DNA of 64,000 nucleotides, taken from NCBI RefSeq assembly GCF_009914755.1, contig NC_060926.1; one strand, 5' to 3'. Positions 59,163 through 64,000 of the stretch are shown one piece after another; the first letter of the stretch is position 1; the number at the start of each line of letters is the position of its first letter. The stretch is from the human T2T-CHM13v2.0 reference genome, Homo sapiens. A program made the translations under genes and the position numbers. A model generated the notes under the pieces. The model was not told the origin of the DNA, did not search any database, and saw nothing but the letters and a program-made list of their open reading frames with translations.

Positions 59163-60220
59163 GTGTCCTGGGGCTGCTGTAAGAAAGCACCACGCTGGGG
59201 CTTGAGCAACAGACATCGATTCTCTCACAGTTCTGGAGGCCGGAAGTCTGAGATCCAGGAGTCGGCAGGGCCGTGCCCCATCTGGAGGCCTAGGGACGGT
59301 CCTTCCTGCTCCTCCAGCTGCTGGTGGCTGACAGTCCATAGTGTCTGTGACGTCTGTGGCATCCGTGGCACCTCAGGCTTGCTTCTGTCCTCATGTGTCT
59401 CTGTGTGTCTCTCTCCTAAGGACACAGTCACACTGGATTAAGGGCACACCCTAGTGCAGCAGGACATCTTATTTTAACTAATTACATCTTCAGCAAACCT
59501 GTTTCCAGTGAAGGTCACCTTCTGAGGTGCTGGTGAGGCAGGAGAATAGGGTTTGGAGGCAGGGAACCTAAGGCCGTTTCAAGCCGACTTCCTAGAACTA
59601 AATTGAAAGGAAAAACCTAACTTTCCAGGACTAAGTAACAAAAGGACCAGAGGCTACTCCCTTTGCAAAACCCCCACCTTTTCTGCACCACAGATGGGAA
59701 ATTGGTTTTCCGCAACCAGTCAGACTGATTGCCGGGCCGCTGAGTCTTCATTTGCATAGAAATGCAACTTTGCAACTTCATCTTAGCCTCTGATTGGTTG
59801 CTTTTTGCAGCCAATCAGATGTTTGCACAGGAGCGTGATCTTGGTAACTTCATTTCAGCTTCTGATTGGTTGCAGAAAGCAACCAATTGTGGGCCAGCAC
59901 TTCCTTTACATAATATGATCACCAAGTGGCCAATGGGAAACCTGTAGAGAGTATTTGGACCCTAGAAGATTCCAGATCTGGGCTCTTGAGTTGCTGCTCA
60001 GTCCACTCTCACACTGTGGAGTGTACTTTCATTTTCAATAAATCCCTCCTTTCGTTCTCTTGTTGTTTCATTCTTTCTTTGCTTTGCTGGGAGTTTTGTC
60101 CAATTCTTCGTTCAAAAAGCCAAGAACCTGGACAGCTTGCAGTCACGACCCTCTAGTGGTAACACTGGGGGTTAGAATCTCAACAAAGCTTTCGGAGGGG
60201 GCACGATTCAACCCATGACG
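59163..60220 (-). mobile_element. MaLR LTR (MLT1B/C) split by MER51
   Basis: TCTCACAGTTCTGGAGGCCGGAAGTCTGAGATC...GGTCACCTTCTGAGGTGCTGG, resuming as GGGTTAGAATCTCAACA...GATTCAACCCAT after the MER51. Confidence 0.85.
59534..60164 (+). mobile_element. MER51 ERV1 solo LTR
   Basis: Starts TGAGGCAGGAGAATAGGGTTTGGAGGCAGGGAACCTAAGGCC and ends GGTAACA. TSD CTGG, several CCAAT/ATTGG boxes and an AATAAA. Confidence 0.9.
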
Positions 60221-61384
60221 CTTCAACCTGGAATTTCCCACAGAAGTCATTTTTTTCCTCAGAACTCTTTCTGAAAATGCCCCCTCCCCACCCGCCCCAC
60301 CCACCATCCCTCAGACCTGGTGGCTGGAGCAGCTCCCTTTGGGAAATGCTTCCTGTGGTGAACAGGATGGAGCTCCCCATGGGGACAGGGCCGTAGAGGA
60401 GGCCTCTAGGGCAGGAAGGGGAGTCCGGCGCCACCTGGGGCCCTGGCAAAGGAGGCGGCCGCAGAACGGGGACACAGGAGGGAGGAGGGTGGGGACCTGT
60501 TCATCAAGCCCTCCCTTCCCAGGCCGTCCTGGGCCCAGGGGCTGCCTGGTGGCTTCAAAATGCAGCCAGTGTGGGTTGGGCCGGGTTGGGTCCAGGACGT
60601 CAAACTCCCAGGAACTCTGTCTGCCTCATGACCTGGTGTGGAGGCCACCGCTGAGCAACGTCCAGTGTGTCCTGGTCACATCTGGGCCCGCACCACCTCA
60701 CAGGCTCCCGGTGCGAAGGAGTGGGCGGCCTTTTCAGATTCGCCAGAGCTGGTTTGCGGAAGCTCCCAGAACAGACCACGGTCTGTAACAAGCTTACTTC
60801 CTGCCCATGAATTTTTCCCTCGACAGGGCTTACAATTAAGTCCATACCCCCGCCTCCCGCCTGGCTTTCACATCCTTGCTTTTGGAGAGAAGATGAATGG
60901 AAATGTATGACTTTGTCTGTGGTATAAAGACATGGATTCAAGTTCAGGGTTTGCCATGGACCTGCCGTGTGACCTTTGGTAAGATCTTTCACTTCATTTT
61001 CACATTTATAAAACAGAAGCAATGATAATACTGGCCCTGCCGGCCTTCCGCATGTGTCTGTGGCTGTGGCGAGTGACACGAGCATGAGAAACAGCATCAT
61101 GAGCATGATAACAGCCACTTTCCTCATCTCCATTCTGTGCCAGCGACTGTCATAGAGGCAGGGGCTCTAAAAGTTCCTCATCAGGTACAGTGCACGCATG
61201 CACCGTGTGTGTGACAGAAATCTTTATTTATAGCCCTCCATACAAAAATATGGCATTTAGTCATGGATTAATCAGCAGAAATTGGTATATATAGTGCTCT
61301 TTTTCTCTCATTTTAGTGATAAGCTTTTGCTAAAAAAAAAAAAAGGAGGAAACCATCACTGAATATGGTAATGATAATACTTAA

Positions 61385-62165
61385 AAAATTTTAAAGTCAG
61401 GTTTGTTGAGGTGTAATTTGCATACTGTGAAGTTTAGTTGGACAGTTTTGTAAGATTTGCAAAATGTATAGAGTTGTGTCAACACCACCACAATCCACAA
61501 TCCAGACAGAATATTTTCATCACCCCCAAGCGATCACTCTCATCCCGTTTGAACTCAATCACTCTTCCCATCCCCAGCTCCTGGCAACAGTGGCTTAGAT
61601 TTCTGTCCTTAATGGTTTTGCCTTTTTCTGAGTGGCACATAAAGGCAATCATACAACAGCCTTTTGTATCTGACCTCTTTCACTTAGATTATACCTCTGA
61701 GTGTGATCCATGTTGTTGACTGTGTCCGCCATTCCCTCTTTTTCCTTGCCGAGTGGTATTCCCTGGTGTGGATATGCCAGTGTGTTCATTCTTTCACCTG
61801 CTGAAGGACATCTGGGCTGTTTCCAACTTGGGTCTATTACAAATACAGCTCTTCTGAACATCTATGCACAAGTCTTTACATGGACATCTATCTATACATT
61901 GTTAACATTTAATTTAATTTAATTTTAAGTTCCAGGATACATGTGCAGGATGTGCAGGTTTGTTACACAGGTAAACATGTGCCATGGTGGTTTGCTGCAC
62001 CTATCAACCCGTCATCTAGGTTTTAAGACCCGCATGCATTAGCTATTTGTCCTAAGGCTCTCCCTCCTCCTGCCCCCACAACAGGCCCAGTGTGTGTTGT
62101 TCCCCTCCCTGACATGGACATCTATATTTTTTCCTCTAGGAGTAGAATGGCTGGATCTTATGGAT
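61385..62165 (-). mobile_element. L1MB/MC 3' fragment
   Basis: TTGAGGTGTAATTTGCATAC, ATTTTCATCACCCCCAAG and GAAGGACATCTGGGCTGTTTCC. Confidence 0.8.
61892..62111 (-). mobile_element. 5'-truncated L1PA 3' end nested in the older L1
   Basis: TAAGTTCCAGGATACATGTGCAGG...GGTGGTTTGCTGCACCTATCAACCCGTCATCTAGG. TSD ACATGGACATCTAT at 61878 and 62112. Confidence 0.92.
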
Positions 62166-62171
62166 CTTAAC

Positions 62172-62469
<298 letters not shown>

Positions 62470-64000
62470 TAGTTGTCATCTCTTCCATCATCATTAGGAA
62501 AACTAAGCTGGAAACTGCATATAACTTTGAACACAAGGCCTAGCAGAAACTGAGTTCCCTCATAACAGATCACTCCCTCCCTGGGTTGTCTGCGTGATAG
62601 AAGTTTATTTCTCTCTTGTTTTTGGATCTTTCCAAAACAAAATAATGCACAGGATTGCTGAGATGGGAACACAGCAATGCAGGGTACAGAGCTGCTTTTG
62701 ACTTGGGAAACACCAGGAGAACCTCATTTAATGAAATACCCACTAATGTCCACCATGTGTCTAGGTGCTAGGAACACATGGTTATGACATCGGGAGAAGA
62801 GGGAGGCTACACTACAATGCTTTGGGCAGGAGTGGGCCAGCAGCTTCCTTTCCATAATAGAATAAAATTCTTAGGTGAGGCAGAAAATGTCTTTCCCAAT
62901 TCTGTCATGCTTTGCTCTGTCTTAATCTCCATTTTCAGTCCTGTAGGCCAGTCTTAGGTAATCGTTTAATCCTCTCCTGGGAAGGAGAATGGGGATTAAC
63001 ATTTATTGAGTATCTACTGTGTGCTCAGGCAGGGTCATTTCAGTTTCACTTACTTGACTGGGACGTTGGCCAATGAGGAATCTGAGGCCCCAGGAAACAA
63101 AGCTATTGTATGGTAGAGTTAAGATTTGAACCTGGATCTGTCTAACTGCACAGTGCTTCAGACCAGTGAGCAGGCCTTATGTTTTCCACAGGCAACTCTG
63201 TGGCCTTGACAGCAGGGACCTTATCAGATTCATGTCTGTCTTCTCAGCAGCATCCAGCATAGCACAGCACGCATGGGTTGGGGCAGGGGACTTATCTGAT
63301 GTCTGGTGGGGCGACAAGGGAGTGGGCAGGTAGATGGATGATCGGATAGAGTGATCAGCATCCTGCACATGAGAGTCCTGCCAACAGCCCCCCAAGAGTC
63401 CCCAGGCCGCAGACTGGAACCCGCTGCTCTAAGAACTCAATCCTTTTCCTTTATGTGTGCAAGAGTAAGTGGGAAGGAGAGGAGATGACAGCAGCAGGTG
63501 GGGAAATGGTTCTCTCAACATTCCCCTCCTCTAAATCAGAAGCTCCTGTCCCACCTCCTCAGCCCCTGAGCCTGCTGACCCCAGGCTTTGGCTCTACGGG
63601 CTCTGTTCTGCTGGCTGGGGCTGGAAAGGGCTATGTACTATGGTCCGAGAGAAAGTGCTTTCTGAAATTGATGTGGCTTGTGTAGGAAGGAGGTGCACTT
63701 TTTAGCCTTTGTCCTGGTTACAGAGACTTGGGTATTTAACTGTGTTCATTTAAAAGTCAATTTACCCCAGGAGATGGGGGAACAGAGTGCTCGAAAGCTC
63801 AAATGGCATGATTTTTGCAAAAGCCAGACGCTGGGTAAATCAACCCCGCTCCCATTTTCAAACTATCAAAATCAAGGTCTCTTTGTTAAGTTGTTTATTT
63901 GGTACAGACAAGCTGCCAAGACTGCAAATGAGACGGCGCTTGGTTGTTGTTCATTCCTGCTGATGGCTTGGCGAGGCCAATCTTCCTTCTGTGTTGCGAA

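Overview
This is primate (most likely human) non-coding genomic DNA. It is GC-rich and dense in interspersed repeats: about 29 Alu copies or fragments, L1M/L1PA pieces, many L2/MIR relics, ERV1/ERVL/MaLR LTRs, and MER44 and MER96 DNA transposons. I found no credible protein-coding exon; the supplied ORFs are repeat-derived or chance GC-rich frames. The most notable element is a ~1.44 kb minus-strand retrocopy (53212-54653) inserted into an old L1. It carries the RPL32 5' UTR and intronless codons 1-92, then switches to ~1.06 kb of non-RPL32 sequence ending in AATAAA, an A-rich tail and a target-site duplication. It looks like a fossil of an alternatively terminated or chimeric RPL32-family transcript, possibly from RPL32P3. 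Other points of interest are an apparently G-to-A hypermutated LTR9-like solo LTR (74-723), a perfect palindromic steroid response element with forkhead/HSE/STAT motifs (~26.3-26.9 kb), and target sites reused by successive retro-insertions. There is also a microhomology-joined tandem duplication of an LTR16 element and a probable Alu-associated deletion junction. Repeat subfamily names come from recalled consensus sequences and are approximate, as are boundaries not fixed by TSDs. The genomic locus could not be identified.
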